A stretch of DNA of 59,216 bases from Candidatus Caldarchaeum sp. (GTDB lineage Archaea > Thermoproteota > Nitrososphaeria_A > Caldarchaeales > Caldarchaeaceae): contig JAWBRA010000010.1 of assembly GCA_038844785.1 (NCBI GenBank), positions 1 to 59,216 on the forward strand, read 5' to 3'. The position numbers were made by a program, and so were the translations under genes. The notes under the pieces are model-generated. The model saw only the letters and a program-made list of their open reading frames with translations. It ran no database searches and was not told the DNA's origin. Below are positions 28,343-38,085 of the stretch, one piece after another (the first letter of the stretch is position 1; each line of letters opens with the position of its first letter).

Positions 28343-28729
28343 GTGTTCACGGATTCGGAGCTTAGGTTCATAGAGAGGAATGAGCTTTGCAGGCTGGCCA
28401 CAGCAGATACAAACAATCAGCCTCACGTCGTCCCAGTAGCATACCTGTTCAAAGACATGAAATTCTACATCGCAACAGACTACGGAACCAAAAAGCTCGC
28501 CAACATCAGGAAAAACAAAAACGTCGCACTAGTTGTCGACGTCTACAAACCGAATAAGGCCGTCATGGTGGTGGGGGAAGCCTCCATCCTCGAGAGAGGA
28601 CCAGAATACAGGGAGGTTTACCAGCTTTTCTACAAGAAGTTCGCATGGGTTAGGGCGTCTCCATGGAAAGAAGGCGAGGCACCGTTCATCGTGGTCAAGC
28701 CTGTCAAGAAGGTCTCGTGGGGCCTGTGA
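28343..28729 (+). CDS. Pyridoxamine 5'-phosphate oxidase-like (split beta-barrel FMN/F420-binding) protein
   Basis: RLAT...PHVVPV, K..NI..N..VALVVD, SWG. Confidence 0.85.
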   Translation: MFTDSELRFIERNELCRLATADTNNQPHVVPVAYLFKDMKFYIATDYGTKKLANIRKNKNVALVVDVYKPNKAVMVVGEASILERGPEYREVYQLFYKKFAWVRASPWKEGEAPFIVVKPVKKVSWGL

Positions 28730-28790
28730 TCCGTCTAAAAATCCCTCTCTGGCGCAGCCTACCGATGTTTGAACATGTTGTCGGGCTTGT

Positions 28791-31034
28791 TTAGCTCAGC
28801 ATGGTTACTTTGGTGGGCTCGCCTGCGTTTCTGCTGAAATGGTAAACGACAGCGTCTACTCCTTCGAAAACATCCTCATCATGGGTTATGACTATAACTT
28901 GGTTGACGGTTTTTGTAAGCGATGTGAACAGGTTGGAGAGCCTTGACCTGTTATCGTAGTCCAGATGTATTGTGGGCTCGTCTAGGATGAAGAACCCAAG
29001 CTTCTCCGCCCCAAGTACGTCGCCTAAAGCAAGTCGAAAAGCCAGTGCAACCCCCACTTTTTCCCCGCCGCTCAATGACTCCAATGCCACCTCTCTCCCG
29101 CGTGAAAAACATTTCAAAATCACTTCGCCGTTTTCCTCTGTCACAGTCATGTCGTCGACCATTATGTTTAAAGTGTCCACGTAGCGGGACACTGCTGCGG
29201 AAACCTTTTTCACAGCCCATGACCTTAGGGACCTAGGCACATATCCGTCTCTGTTGTACACTTCGTTTCTGACAAGTTCGAGAAGGTTGTAGAATTCGTT
29301 GGCTTTTGCCAGCTTTTCCCACACGTTCTGAAGGCGTCTAATCTCTTCTTGTTTTTCCTTGAGTTTTTTCTCTTTCTCGTCTTTTATTCCGCTCAGCCGG
29401 CCTTTCTGCTCATTTATTTCTGCTAGCCTTTGTTCTATTTCTTCGAGACGGTGCGGGTCTAAGCCAGATATTTTTGGAAGGGCTTGCTTAATGTCGGCGA
29501 GCCATTCTAACGGCTGGCCGTCGAGTGAGCTCAAAGGCTCAAGCTCCTCCGCCGTTGTTTTCTCAAGGTTTTTCGTCTTCAGTTTTTCGATAGCTGTTTT
29601 TACGGCGTTAATTTTTTGTCTGATGGTTTGGAGTGTGGTTTTGCTTGTGATGTTTTTCTGCTGTGTCCATAGGATGGCTTTGCCGAGCCGTTCCACGGCT
29701 TCTTTTATCGTCATGCCGTCGAACTGCTCCAGCCGCCTCACCTTTTCGCCAGCCTCCTCGGCCATGTTTTTCCTTCGTTGTATTTCTCTACCGAGGTCGG
29801 CAATCATTTCTTCAAACTCTTTCAAGGTTTTCTGCAGCGCTTGCGAAAGACCGCTGCTGTAGGCCAGCTCAACAAGCTCGATGGTTTTACGAGATTCGGC
29901 CTCCACCATGTTTAGCCATTTTTGAACGTTGGCCAAATCATGGCTATATGCCGCCTCTAGAGCTTTTCGTAAAAGCTCTGCAACTTCATGGATAAGCCGT
30001 TCCGCCAGCTGCTTAGCCTGCTCGAAACTCAGGGTCTCAGGCGCTCCTGTCGGGAAAGAGCCGCTGAGGGTTTCCAGCCTTTTCCTCCATTCCTCCTGCT
30101 CTTTCTCCAACGAACGTATCTCATCCTCTAGCCTCTGCTGTCGTTGTTTGGCTGCTTCATATTCACTCGCCTGCTCCTGTATCTGCTTCTGTTTCTCCAA
30201 AAGTTCGACGTGACGCTCTGCTTCAGCCAATTCTCTGCTGGTCTCCGTACACCATTTTTCGGCAGCTGTCAAAAGATTCTGATACTTGAGTAAAGTTTCT
30301 CTGTATGTTTGGAGAAGAATGTTTTGCGTGTGCAGCTCTGCTTCCAGACTTTGCCGAGTTTTCTCAACTTCCTCGAGCTGGTTCGCGATGCTTGTGATTT
30401 CTTTCTCAAGTTTTTCTGTCTCGCTTTGTAAGGTTTTGATTTCTTCGGGTAGAGTTTCTGCATCGGTGATGGGGCGGCCGTATTCTTTTCTCACACGTTC
30501 TGCGAAAGCATCCATCGCCTTTTTCATGTTGTTGAACGCTTGTTCAGACCCTATTCCTATGAGGTCGTCGAAGAGGTTTTTCAACTCCTTTGGCCTCATG
30601 GAAAGAATTTGGTCTAGCTCGCCTTGCTGGATGACTACGCAGGACTTCAGCCTGTCGTAATCCATCCCGAACAAGTTGGTAATGTATTGGCTGACGCCCT
30701 CCTTCTTCCTTTCGCCTACGGCGGTCAGTCGACCGTCTTTTCTAACCTCAGTGTGGTCGAGCCCGCCGTTTGCCTTGAACCTTCTGACAACCCTGTACAC
30801 GCTTCCTCCGTAACTTAGCTCCACTGCGACTTCGCCGCCGAGGTGTGTGAGGTTGTTTACAGTGTTTCTCGCATCTCCTCTGCCGTGTTTGCCGTAGATG
30901 CAGTAGAGAAAAGCGTCTATGACGGAGCTTTTGCCGGCGCCGTTTTTTCCGACGAAGATGTTTAACCCGTTTCTCAACTGGATGGTTGTGTTGCTGTGTG
31001 ACATGAAGTTTTTGATTGCTATGCTAGTTATCAT
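28791..31034 (-). CDS. rad50: Rad50 ATPase (SMC-like), no CXXC hook
   Basis: KNFMSH, GKNGAGKSS, QQGE, long coiled coil, LSGGE, LDEPT.HLD, ITHD. Start ATG 31034; operon context. Confidence 0.92.
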   Translation of the reverse strand: MITSIAIKNFMSHSNTTIQLRNGLNIFVGKNGAGKSSVIDAFLYCIYGKHGRGDARNTVNNLTHLGGEVAVELSYGGSVYRVVRRFKANGGLDHTEVRKDGRLTAVGERKKEGVSQYITNLFGMDYDRLKSCVVIQQGELDQILSMRPKELKNLFDDLIGIGSEQAFNNMKKAMDAFAERVRKEYGRPITDAETLPEEIKTLQSETEKLEKEITSIANQLEEVEKTRQSLEAELHTQNILLQTYRETLLKYQNLLTAAEKWCTETSRELAEAERHVELLEKQKQIQEQASEYEAAKQRQQRLEDEIRSLEKEQEEWRKRLETLSGSFPTGAPETLSFEQAKQLAERLIHEVAELLRKALEAAYSHDLANVQKWLNMVEAESRKTIELVELAYSSGLSQALQKTLKEFEEMIADLGREIQRRKNMAEEAGEKVRRLEQFDGMTIKEAVERLGKAILWTQQKNITSKTTLQTIRQKINAVKTAIEKLKTKNLEKTTAEELEPLSSLDGQPLEWLADIKQALPKISGLDPHRLEEIEQRLAEINEQKGRLSGIKDEKEKKLKEKQEEIRRLQNVWEKLAKANEFYNLLELVRNEVYNRDGYVPRSLRSWAVKKVSAAVSRYVDTLNIMVDDMTVTEENGEVILKCFSRGREVALESLSGGEKVGVALAFRLALGDVLGAEKLGFFILDEPTIHLDYDNRSRLSNLFTSLTKTVNQVIVITHDEDVFEGVDAVVYHFSRNAGEPTKVTMLS

Positions 31035-32151
31035 TTTTGGCCGCTGTCTCCAGGTAGTGTTTCCAAAGCAGCTCTGCAGCTTCCTTGACGCTTCCAACCA
31101 TCAGAAGGTCGCGGAAATCACCTAGGAAAAAGTTTACCGCTTGTTGGTTTTTAAGAACTTCGAGGGCGAGACGTTCCATTTCCCGGTTTACGTCGGGCTG
31201 TTGCGAGTAGTCTAACGGGCTTTTTTCAGATACGGATTGTTTTATGCCACCGCCGTGAAGTATGTATTTTGTGAAAAGCTTTTGCTCCAGAGCTTTCATG
31301 TTCTTTCTCTCGGAGGTTTTAACGCTGAGCGACAGCAACGGTTTCTTCCTATACTCTCTTCGGAGAAGTTCTTCAACCAAGTTTTCCAAACAGTCCTCGT
31401 TGACTTCTTTGACGAGCTTTGGCCTGACTGATTCGAGCTTGACCCAGCTTAGTTCGGGCTCTTCGCCGGAAAGGTCGACGAGATAGTAGCCGCACTCGTC
31501 GTGGTCGTCTATTTTCGTCCAGTGAAGAGCTCCGGGATAGGCAAGCGTTGAGCGGCCGAGCTTTTTCATGTTTCTGAGATGTATGTGGCCCATGGCATAG
31601 TAGTCAAAACCTGTTGGAAGCATGGACAGCGGTATCTCTCCAGCAGGCCCGTGGATGTCCGTGATGCCCTGATGAAGAACAAGAATTTTCTTCAGCGCGT
31701 CTAAGTTTTTGGCTCTCTGCGCCAGCTCCACGAGCTTGTGTTCAAGCGTTTGCAGACTGTTTTTCGGATGTCTTGGAAGGCCGAACACCGCCAATCTGCT
31801 GTCGCCGTGCATTAATCCATCGCCTACGTATTCGGCCATGCCTAAAACGCTGTCCAAAATCAGCGGATTCGGGGTTCCGGGATAGCTTGCCAAATCATGT
31901 TCGCCCAAGGTAAAGTATATTCTGACGCCGGCTTGAGAAAGCTTTCTGAATTCTGTCACAAGGGTTTTTAGCGGTGTTCCGTAAACGGTCGGCTTGTTCA
32001 AAATATCACCAGAATGTATAACTGTCTTCACATGGTCGCTGGTTATCTTGTCGACGGCTTCCTTCAACGCCTCATAATGGTCTTTTTCTCTCTCCTCATC
32101 CTCGCCAGAGTATCTTCCCAGATGAGTGTCCGAGAGGTGAGCTATCATCAT
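31024..32151 (-). CDS. mre11: Mre11 nuclease
   Basis: SDTHLG, HSGDI, GEHD, LHQG, GHIH, YPG. Confidence 0.9.
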   Translation of the reverse strand: MMIAHLSDTHLGRYSGEDEEREKDHYEALKEAVDKITSDHVKTVIHSGDILNKPTVYGTPLKTLVTEFRKLSQAGVRIYFTLGEHDLASYPGTPNPLILDSVLGMAEYVGDGLMHGDSRLAVFGLPRHPKNSLQTLEHKLVELAQRAKNLDALKKILVLHQGITDIHGPAGEIPLSMLPTGFDYYAMGHIHLRNMKKLGRSTLAYPGALHWTKIDDHDECGYYLVDLSGEEPELSWVKLESVRPKLVKEVNEDCLENLVEELLRREYRKKPLLSLSVKTSERKNMKALEQKLFTKYILHGGGIKQSVSEKSPLDYSQQPDVNREMERLALEVLKNQQAVNFFLGDFRDLLMVGSVKEAAELLWKHYLETAAKNDN

Positions 32152-33632
32152 GGCTTTATCAACTCGTCTGGGTCGTGGTCTTTGGAGCCAACATTTCTAT
32201 CATCCTTCCATTCTTTCACTGCGTCGATGTCTCTTCCAACAAGCTTTTCCTCAACCCGGTTTATCATGGCCAAAGTTGTGGCTGCGACCCACTGTCCCGC
32301 AAGTATCATCTCACCGGTGTTTAGACAAGGTAGTGCAACGCCCAGCTCGTCTGAAACAAAATCGGTTGCGGTCATGACGAAGCGCTGGTCTTCGGGGTAG
32401 GATAGGCCTGATATGGCGAAGCTTCCCATCTGGCTCACGACATCTGGGTCAAGCCTGTTGGGTCTCTGGGAAACTATGACAAGCCCCACACCGAACTTCC
32501 TACCTTCACGCGCAACCCGTGACACAACATCAGCACATTCGCTCCGTCCAACGCCTGCTGGAATGAATAAGTGCGCCTCTTCAACAGCGACTACAACAGG
32601 TGATGTAAAACGCGCATCATAGCCGAAGACAGCGTTCTTCCTATCGTTCAAAATCTCTATAAGAAAATGTCCTAATATTATTTGAGCTTGGTGTTCTGTC
32701 AGCTCTGAAAGGTCTACGACGTTTATTCTGTTTTTCTTCAGTATCTCCAGAGGTGTGCCGCATCTTTCGTCAAGTATTACGCCTTTCGTCAACAACGCTC
32801 TGTCGACTATTTCAAGAACTCTGGCGGCGGTTTGTCTTGTAACGCTGTCCTTACCCTCGTCCGATAACATGTTGTTCAACTCCGTTCGAAGAGCCTCCCA
32901 AAAGTTTTCCCTCTGTCTCACACGGGTGAAAACCCCCGTCAACAGAGCCCTCTGCTTCTCCGCTGAAGACCTTACATCCAGCAGGTCCGCCAGCTGCTCT
33001 GAATCAAGCCTGCGCGGATTTATCCTAGGTTTTACCATGTTGATTTTCTCGATTTTCAGGTTGCCGTATTCCGAGTGATAGTCAAAGATGACCATTGTTC
33101 CGTTTTTCTCCGCGATTTTCTTCGCCAAAAGCGCGAGCAGGTTTGACTTCCCTTTACCTGTGGTCGCGAGAATCGCGAGATGTCTCGAAGCAAGCTTGTT
33201 CAAGTTGACGGTTACGGGGACGCTTGGCCTTCTGAGAAGGCGGCCCACCTCAACCCATTCGTCTCCAGTCACATGGTAGACGGATCTCAGCAGGCTGTCG
33301 GCAGCCTCCTTCACGATGGAGCCTGGCTCCGGCGGGATGGAAGGTAGGGCTGAACTCCATGAGCTTTGGAACAATCCTAAAGCCCTTGCGGTGCTTGCCA
33401 AAGTCTTGTCTCTGGGGTTGAGGCTCGAGGCTTTTTTCGCTTCTTCAGCAGTTATGTAGTCTCTGACCTCTGAGAGGAGCCTACTCTCTATCGTCGTCCG
33501 CTCCACCATGTATAGAACCGTGCCCTCAGGGGCGTCCACAGTCACATACTCCCCCACCCGCACAGGCCTGCTGGAGATGAAGGAAACCTTGTTCGGCGAA
33601 GAACGTCCCACAACTATCCCCAAACTAACCAA
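32148..33632 (-). CDS. herA: HerA bipolar helicase
   Basis: HAS barrel, RHLAILATTGKGKS, FDYHSEY, EEAH, AREGRKFG, SQRP. Confidence 0.93.
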   Translation of the reverse strand: MVSLGIVVGRSSPNKVSFISSRPVRVGEYVTVDAPEGTVLYMVERTTIESRLLSEVRDYITAEEAKKASSLNPRDKTLASTARALGLFQSSWSSALPSIPPEPGSIVKEAADSLLRSVYHVTGDEWVEVGRLLRRPSVPVTVNLNKLASRHLAILATTGKGKSNLLALLAKKIAEKNGTMVIFDYHSEYGNLKIEKINMVKPRINPRRLDSEQLADLLDVRSSAEKQRALLTGVFTRVRQRENFWEALRTELNNMLSDEGKDSVTRQTAARVLEIVDRALLTKGVILDERCGTPLEILKKNRINVVDLSELTEHQAQIILGHFLIEILNDRKNAVFGYDARFTSPVVVAVEEAHLFIPAGVGRSECADVVSRVAREGRKFGVGLVIVSQRPNRLDPDVVSQMGSFAISGLSYPEDQRFVMTATDFVSDELGVALPCLNTGEMILAGQWVAATTLAMINRVEEKLVGRDIDAVKEWKDDRNVGSKDHDPDELIKP

Positions 33633-34497
33633 CGCTTAACACCTCCCTCGACTCTTCAAACGTTCCCAAACCAGCTGTCTCAGCCAACAGCGTGATCAGC
33701 TGGTCTGAGAAAACCGCGTTGTTATGTGCGGCGATGAGCTCTACAGGATATCCCCTTACGGCTTTTTGATGTAGGATGTCGATGAAGCTCTCTATTTCAC
33801 GGGTGGATATCTGTTGGGTGCATTCGACGTGAAGCGCTGGAGCGTTGTTCGAAAGCCTTGCGTAAAAGACCCAGACGCTTCCTCCGCCTGCTTGAAGCTG
33901 TCTCGAAAACGGCCCCGCATAGCCGATATCCATTGTCGCCCTGTTGACGTAGTAGATGTCGCCTAAAACCCCGTCGAACAAGCTGTTGTCCTGCGAATAT
34001 TTTGAGACGAAGAAGACTTTCCGGTTGAGGACAGGCCTTAGCTCAGCCAAATAGTCATCATAAGTTCTTAGCCCTTTTAATCGCAAAGCTTTGGCAGACC
34101 TAGCCAGCAGCGAGCCGTCAACCAGAAGGATGTCAACTTCTTCCGCTGCCGTTGCCGCTAGACGATGCTCGCTCGACTCGGCAACACTCTCGACGTAGAG
34201 CTGGGGAAGCACGCCTTCTGTCCTCGAAACTATCTCCAGTTCATCTACAGGTGTGACGACATCTCCTCCCCCTGCATCTACTGCCACCGCTTTAACGCCG
34301 TAGAGGAAAAACCCATGGTACAGTATGTAATTCCAGCCGCTGTCAACTGCCGCCGTAGAACCCATCCCCTCATGCGGGCTGTAGGATATCCAAGACATCG
34401 CAGCCTTGTGGAAAAATTTCTCAGCCTCAGAACCCACCAGCTCCTCGTGATGCCTAACACCAAGCTCTACAGCCTTCCTGAAAAGATTCTCCAGCAA
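33625..34497 (-). CDS. nurA: NurA 5'-3' nuclease
   Basis: AVDSG, LVDGSL, SK.S, D, GYP..L..AH; operon position. Confidence 0.88.
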   Translation of the reverse strand: MLENLFRKAVELGVRHHEELVGSEAEKFFHKAAMSWISYSPHEGMGSTAAVDSGWNYILYHGFFLYGVKAVAVDAGGGDVVTPVDELEIVSRTEGVLPQLYVESVAESSEHRLAATAAEEVDILLVDGSLLARSAKALRLKGLRTYDDYLAELRPVLNRKVFFVSKYSQDNSLFDGVLGDIYYVNRATMDIGYAGPFSRQLQAGGGSVWVFYARLSNNAPALHVECTQQISTREIESFIDILHQKAVRGYPVELIAAHNNAVFSDQLITLLAETAGLGTFEESREVLSVG

Positions 34498-34525
34498 CCC
34501 AATCTCCTAACCCAACATACGTGGT

Positions 34526-34541
34526 CTCTAAATATGTTTTT
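34526..34541 (-). promoter_or_regulatory. BRE-TATA promoter of the nurA-herA-mre11-rad50 operon
   Basis: AAAAACATATTTAGAG ~29 nt upstream of the TTG start. Confidence 0.6.
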
Positions 34542-34622
34542 CCATTCGCCTACAAGCGGCGGTGAAAGGAAAGCTTTGCATAGACCTTCAGCGTGAACTG
34601 ATGGCTGCTGATGTAACCAACC

Positions 34623-35090
34623 TCATGCGATCATGAAATGCAGTGTTAGAAGCATGATTAACGTGGCGGAAAGCATCCACTGGCCGTGCAGCGGCTTGTT
34701 AGCGATTTTTACGTCTCTGGCTGCACTGTATCTTTGAAGGCCGCTGGAAGTCAACGCGCTCATGATGAACACAAGCGAAAGGGATATCGGTTCAATATAC
34801 CTGCTATACAATAGCCCATGTGTCATGCTTGCAAAATATCCTATGACGTTTAACAGTATGTGAGCATTCAGCAAAGGTTTATACATCAGCTGCAACTGCT
34901 TAACAATTTGTTGGTTTGAAAAATTTCTCGAGAGTATTCTCATTCTGTTGTACAGAATAAATCCAGCGTTAGCCATCGGGCCTGCAGCGACCGCTGAAAC
35001 CCTGAGCGCGTTTGTTGCACGTCCCTCGCCCGCGATAGGGAGGGTGACGCCTATGAGAACAAAGACGATGAACAACATCTTGTTAAGCAA
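34623..35090 (-). CDS. Hypothetical membrane protein with four TM-associated His (possibly heme-b binding; may be degraded)
   Basis: Hydrophobic helices containing NAHI, MTHG, LHGQ and LTLH. Confidence 0.4.
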   Translation of the reverse strand: MLNKMLFIVFVLIGVTLPIAGEGRATNALRVSAVAAGPMANAGFILYNRMRILSRNFSNQQIVKQLQLMYKPLLNAHILLNVIGYFASMTHGLLYSRYIEPISLSLVFIMSALTSSGLQRYSAARDVKIANKPLHGQWMLSATLIMLLTLHFMIA

Positions 35091-35117
35091 TTCTAGCCGC
35101 TTTTACTTCTCCTATCC

Positions 35118-35474
35118 GTGAGGTCTCAGACATTTATCGCCGCCGTTTCACTGGCCTTCATAGGCTTCTTTCTCTTTGGAAGCATAGGTGTAGTGTTCAC
35201 GATTGGCTCAGAGCTTTTTAACTCGGAGCGTGTCGGCACAACAAGCGGAATGACATACTTTTTCCTCGCTCTCGGAAACTCCTTCGGCCAGCTTGTGTTT
35301 GGACAGCTCATAGACGCGCTAAGATATTCAACCGCATGGCAGTTGTACGTCTTAGCCGTGTGTCTCTTCGCCTTCGCATTCATCTTCCCGTTATTTTCGC
35401 ACGTAAAACCGGCAGGTTGTTCTCTCCCCAGCCATAGTTGGGGATGGTGGATCGCGGGACAGCGTTCTGTATAA
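35118..35474 (+). pseudogene. C-terminal fragment of an MFS transporter
   Basis: E...ER.GT..G...G...G..FG.LID motif of the last MFS helices; N-terminal part absent. Confidence 0.65.
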
Positions 35475-35988
35475 TGAGTTCGAGAGGTTTGCAGCAACTG
35501 TGATGGGGAAAGTTTGACGGTCAGACGGTTGATAGCCTACGGCCTGAAACCCCACACGGGCAGCATGTTTGGAAGGTTTTTCTCACATCTTCCAGCGATG
35601 TTCAAAGAGGTGTTTGAGAACGGTGTTAGACCCAGGGCATCAACATGACGGGAACTACTGAGACTATGATGAAAACATGGGGTAGGAGTCGATTTTCGGA
35701 AGCTGAATTTTCGAGAAACAGTTTTCAAGATTCGAGGCGTTGGAGGGAAACTGACACACCAGCTCGTCAATGACCTTGTGACCAGGCTTATCAACGTAAA
35801 CCCAAACAACGTCACCGTGTCCCAAGAACCTCCAAACCCCAGCCTTCTGCACAAACATAATCAGCACAACACACTCTATTAAGCTTCAGACAGACGCTGT
35901 GGCGGAGTCCGCCGGCCGTAAGGGATGTTTGCTTTAAGACAGTGACGGTAAAGGCTTATTTAGTGGAGTACATCAAGGGAGCCGCTCC

Positions 35989-37023
35989 ATGGTGCCACCG
36001 TTAGCAGACCTTCACGAAGATGTTTCAATGTATTATATTCAGGCTGGAGCTGGTCAAAAGTTTAAGCTCGCCGACTTTGATTCCGACTTGGCTGGGAGGC
36101 ATGCTGATATCCCTAAGTACAGACGCGCTAACGTAAAGCTCGTCTTCTCCTCGATAGCTTTTCTTACACCTTCCATATCTCGGATGCGTGTTGAACAGCT
36201 TTCAAAGGGTTATGGAGGGTTGTTCGGCGGGTTTAGGGTAAGGGCTGCTACGCTGAAAGCTCTTGAACACATCGTAGCATACAACAACCTGCTGAAGAGA
36301 CACGCTAAAGATTTGAGGCCTGTGCTCAAGGCTGAAGATGTTGAGAATTTGGATACCGATGACAGGGTGGCTTTTCTAATAGCGGTCGAGGGAGCGGAGC
36401 CGCTTGAAGACGTGGAGGATTTGGAGATTTTCTACAAGCTTGGCGTGCGCTCTCTCCAGCTCACGTGGAATTTCGACAACAAGTATGCAGCCACATGCAT
36501 GTCCAAGAAAGACTACGGCCTGACCGGAGATGGTGAAGACCTTATACACTTTTGCAACGAGCTGGGCGTCATAGTAGACCTAGCCCATGCGAGCAAGAGA
36601 GCCACGGTTGAAGCGCTGTCTGCGTCAAAGCTTCCCGCCATCGTCAGCCACGCTAACGCGAAGGCCGTATGCAATCATGTGAGAAACCTTGACGACGAAG
36701 AGCTTGAAGCTTTGAAGAAAAACGGCGGCGTTGTAGGTGTTACGCTGATTCCGCCAACTATCTCGAACCAGCCATCCGTGAAAGGACTTGCAGACCATAT
36801 CATGTACATCTACGAGAGGTTTGGCGCAGACATACTCGCTGTAGGAACGGATTTCTTCGGCCTGCTTTACATGGATGAGCCGGCTGGGCTGGAGGATATA
36901 ACCAAGATCAGTAATCTATGGACGGAGCTGCTGAACCGTGGCCTCAACGAAAGCGATATCGAGAAAATCTCCTACCGGAACGTAGTGAGAGTCGTGAAGG
37001 AGAACGCCAAACACTGGACCTAG
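35989..37023 (+). CDS. Membrane dipeptidase family (peptidase M19)
   Basis: DLHED, VEG, LTWN, VDLAH, SHAN, RNL.D, GTDFFG. Confidence 0.9.
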   Translation: MVPPLADLHEDVSMYYIQAGAGQKFKLADFDSDLAGRHADIPKYRRANVKLVFSSIAFLTPSISRMRVEQLSKGYGGLFGGFRVRAATLKALEHIVAYNNLLKRHAKDLRPVLKAEDVENLDTDDRVAFLIAVEGAEPLEDVEDLEIFYKLGVRSLQLTWNFDNKYAATCMSKKDYGLTGDGEDLIHFCNELGVIVDLAHASKRATVEALSASKLPAIVSHANAKAVCNHVRNLDDEELEALKKNGGVVGVTLIPPTISNQPSVKGLADHIMYIYERFGADILAVGTDFFGLLYMDEPAGLEDITKISNLWTELLNRGLNESDIEKISYRNVVRVVKENAKHWT

Positions 37024-37065
37024 CAACGTTAGCAAACTAGCTGTCAGCAAGGCTTGCTGGCTAAG

Positions 37066-38085
37066 TTATTTTCCTAAAGGCTGGACGTTATGAAGCTTGC
37101 TTGATTCTTCAGCGAGATAGCAGGCGACCCAATGCCCCTCTTCAACCTCTAGCATTCGCGGCTCCATTTCACGGCATCTATCGAAGGCAAACGGACATCT
37201 CGGATGAAATCTACAGCCTTTCGGCGGATTCAACGGGCTTGGAGGTTCTCCTATAGGCTTAATCTTCCGAACCTCAAAGCTTGCCTCCAGAAGAGGTGCT
37301 GAGGAAAGAAGTACCATTGAGTAGGGATGGAGAGGTTTATGGAAGAATGTCTCTGTCGGAGCGAGTTCAACGATTTTTCCGAGATACATTACTGCAACAC
37401 GGTCGCTGAGATGCCATGCCTGTTCAAGGTTGTGGGTGATGTAAATGTATGTCAGATAATGTCGTTGTTGAAGCTCTAGTAGCAGGTTGAGGATTTGCGC
37501 CCTCATCGAAAGGTCCAAGGCTGAGACAGGCTCGTCAAGGATGATGAGCTCAGGGTCTGTTGCCAACGCTCTCGCTATGCTTACACGTTGTTTCTCTCCA
37601 CCACTTAACTGGTGTGGGTATCTGGTTAAATGTTGAGGCGTAAGTCCGACACTGTTCACAAGATTAAGTATTTTTTCATTTAATGCGTCTTCGTCAATTG
37701 TGTTACCGTACTTCGCTTTTATAGCCTCGGCAAGCACATCGCGGACAGTCATGCGTGGGTTTAGGCTTGATTCTGGGTTCTGAAAAACCATCTGAATCTT
37801 ATGCCTAAACAAGATATCGTGTAGCATGTTGTCCTTGATTTCGACACCGTTGAAAATGATTTTACCGTTTGTGGGTTTTATCAGGCCTGCGATTATCTGT
37901 GCGAGGGTTGATTTACCGCATCCCGATTCGCCTACTATTGCTAAAGTTTCGCCTCTCCTGATTTGAAGCGCAACACCGTCAACAGCTCGCACTTGTCCAA
38001 CAGTCCTCAGAAGAAAACCGCCCCTGACAGGATAATATTTTTTCACATCTATCAGTTCCAGCAGCTTTTCCCCCACCTGGCTCAT
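37066..38085 (-). CDS. dppF: Peptide ABC ATPase
   Basis: GESGCGKST, YPHQLSGG, HPY, GCRFHPRCP. Confidence 0.88.
   Translation of the reverse strand: MSQVGEKLLELIDVKKYYPVRGGFLLRTVGQVRAVDGVALQIRRGETLAIVGESGCGKSTLAQIIAGLIKPTNGKIIFNGVEIKDNMLHDILFRHKIQMVFQNPESSLNPRMTVRDVLAEAIKAKYGNTIDEDALNEKILNLVNSVGLTPQHLTRYPHQLSGGEKQRVSIARALATDPELIILDEPVSALDLSMRAQILNLLLELQQRHYLTYIYITHNLEQAWHLSDRVAVMYLGKIVELAPTETFFHKPLHPYSMVLLSSAPLLEASFEVRKIKPIGEPPSPLNPPKGCRFHPRCPFAFDRCREMEPRMLEVEEGHWVACYLAEESSKLHNVQPLGK

Noticed and set aside
37040-37064. Hairpin CAGCAA-GGC-TTGCTG between convergent genes
   Set aside because: Short, with no U-tract; archaeal termination does not require hairpins.
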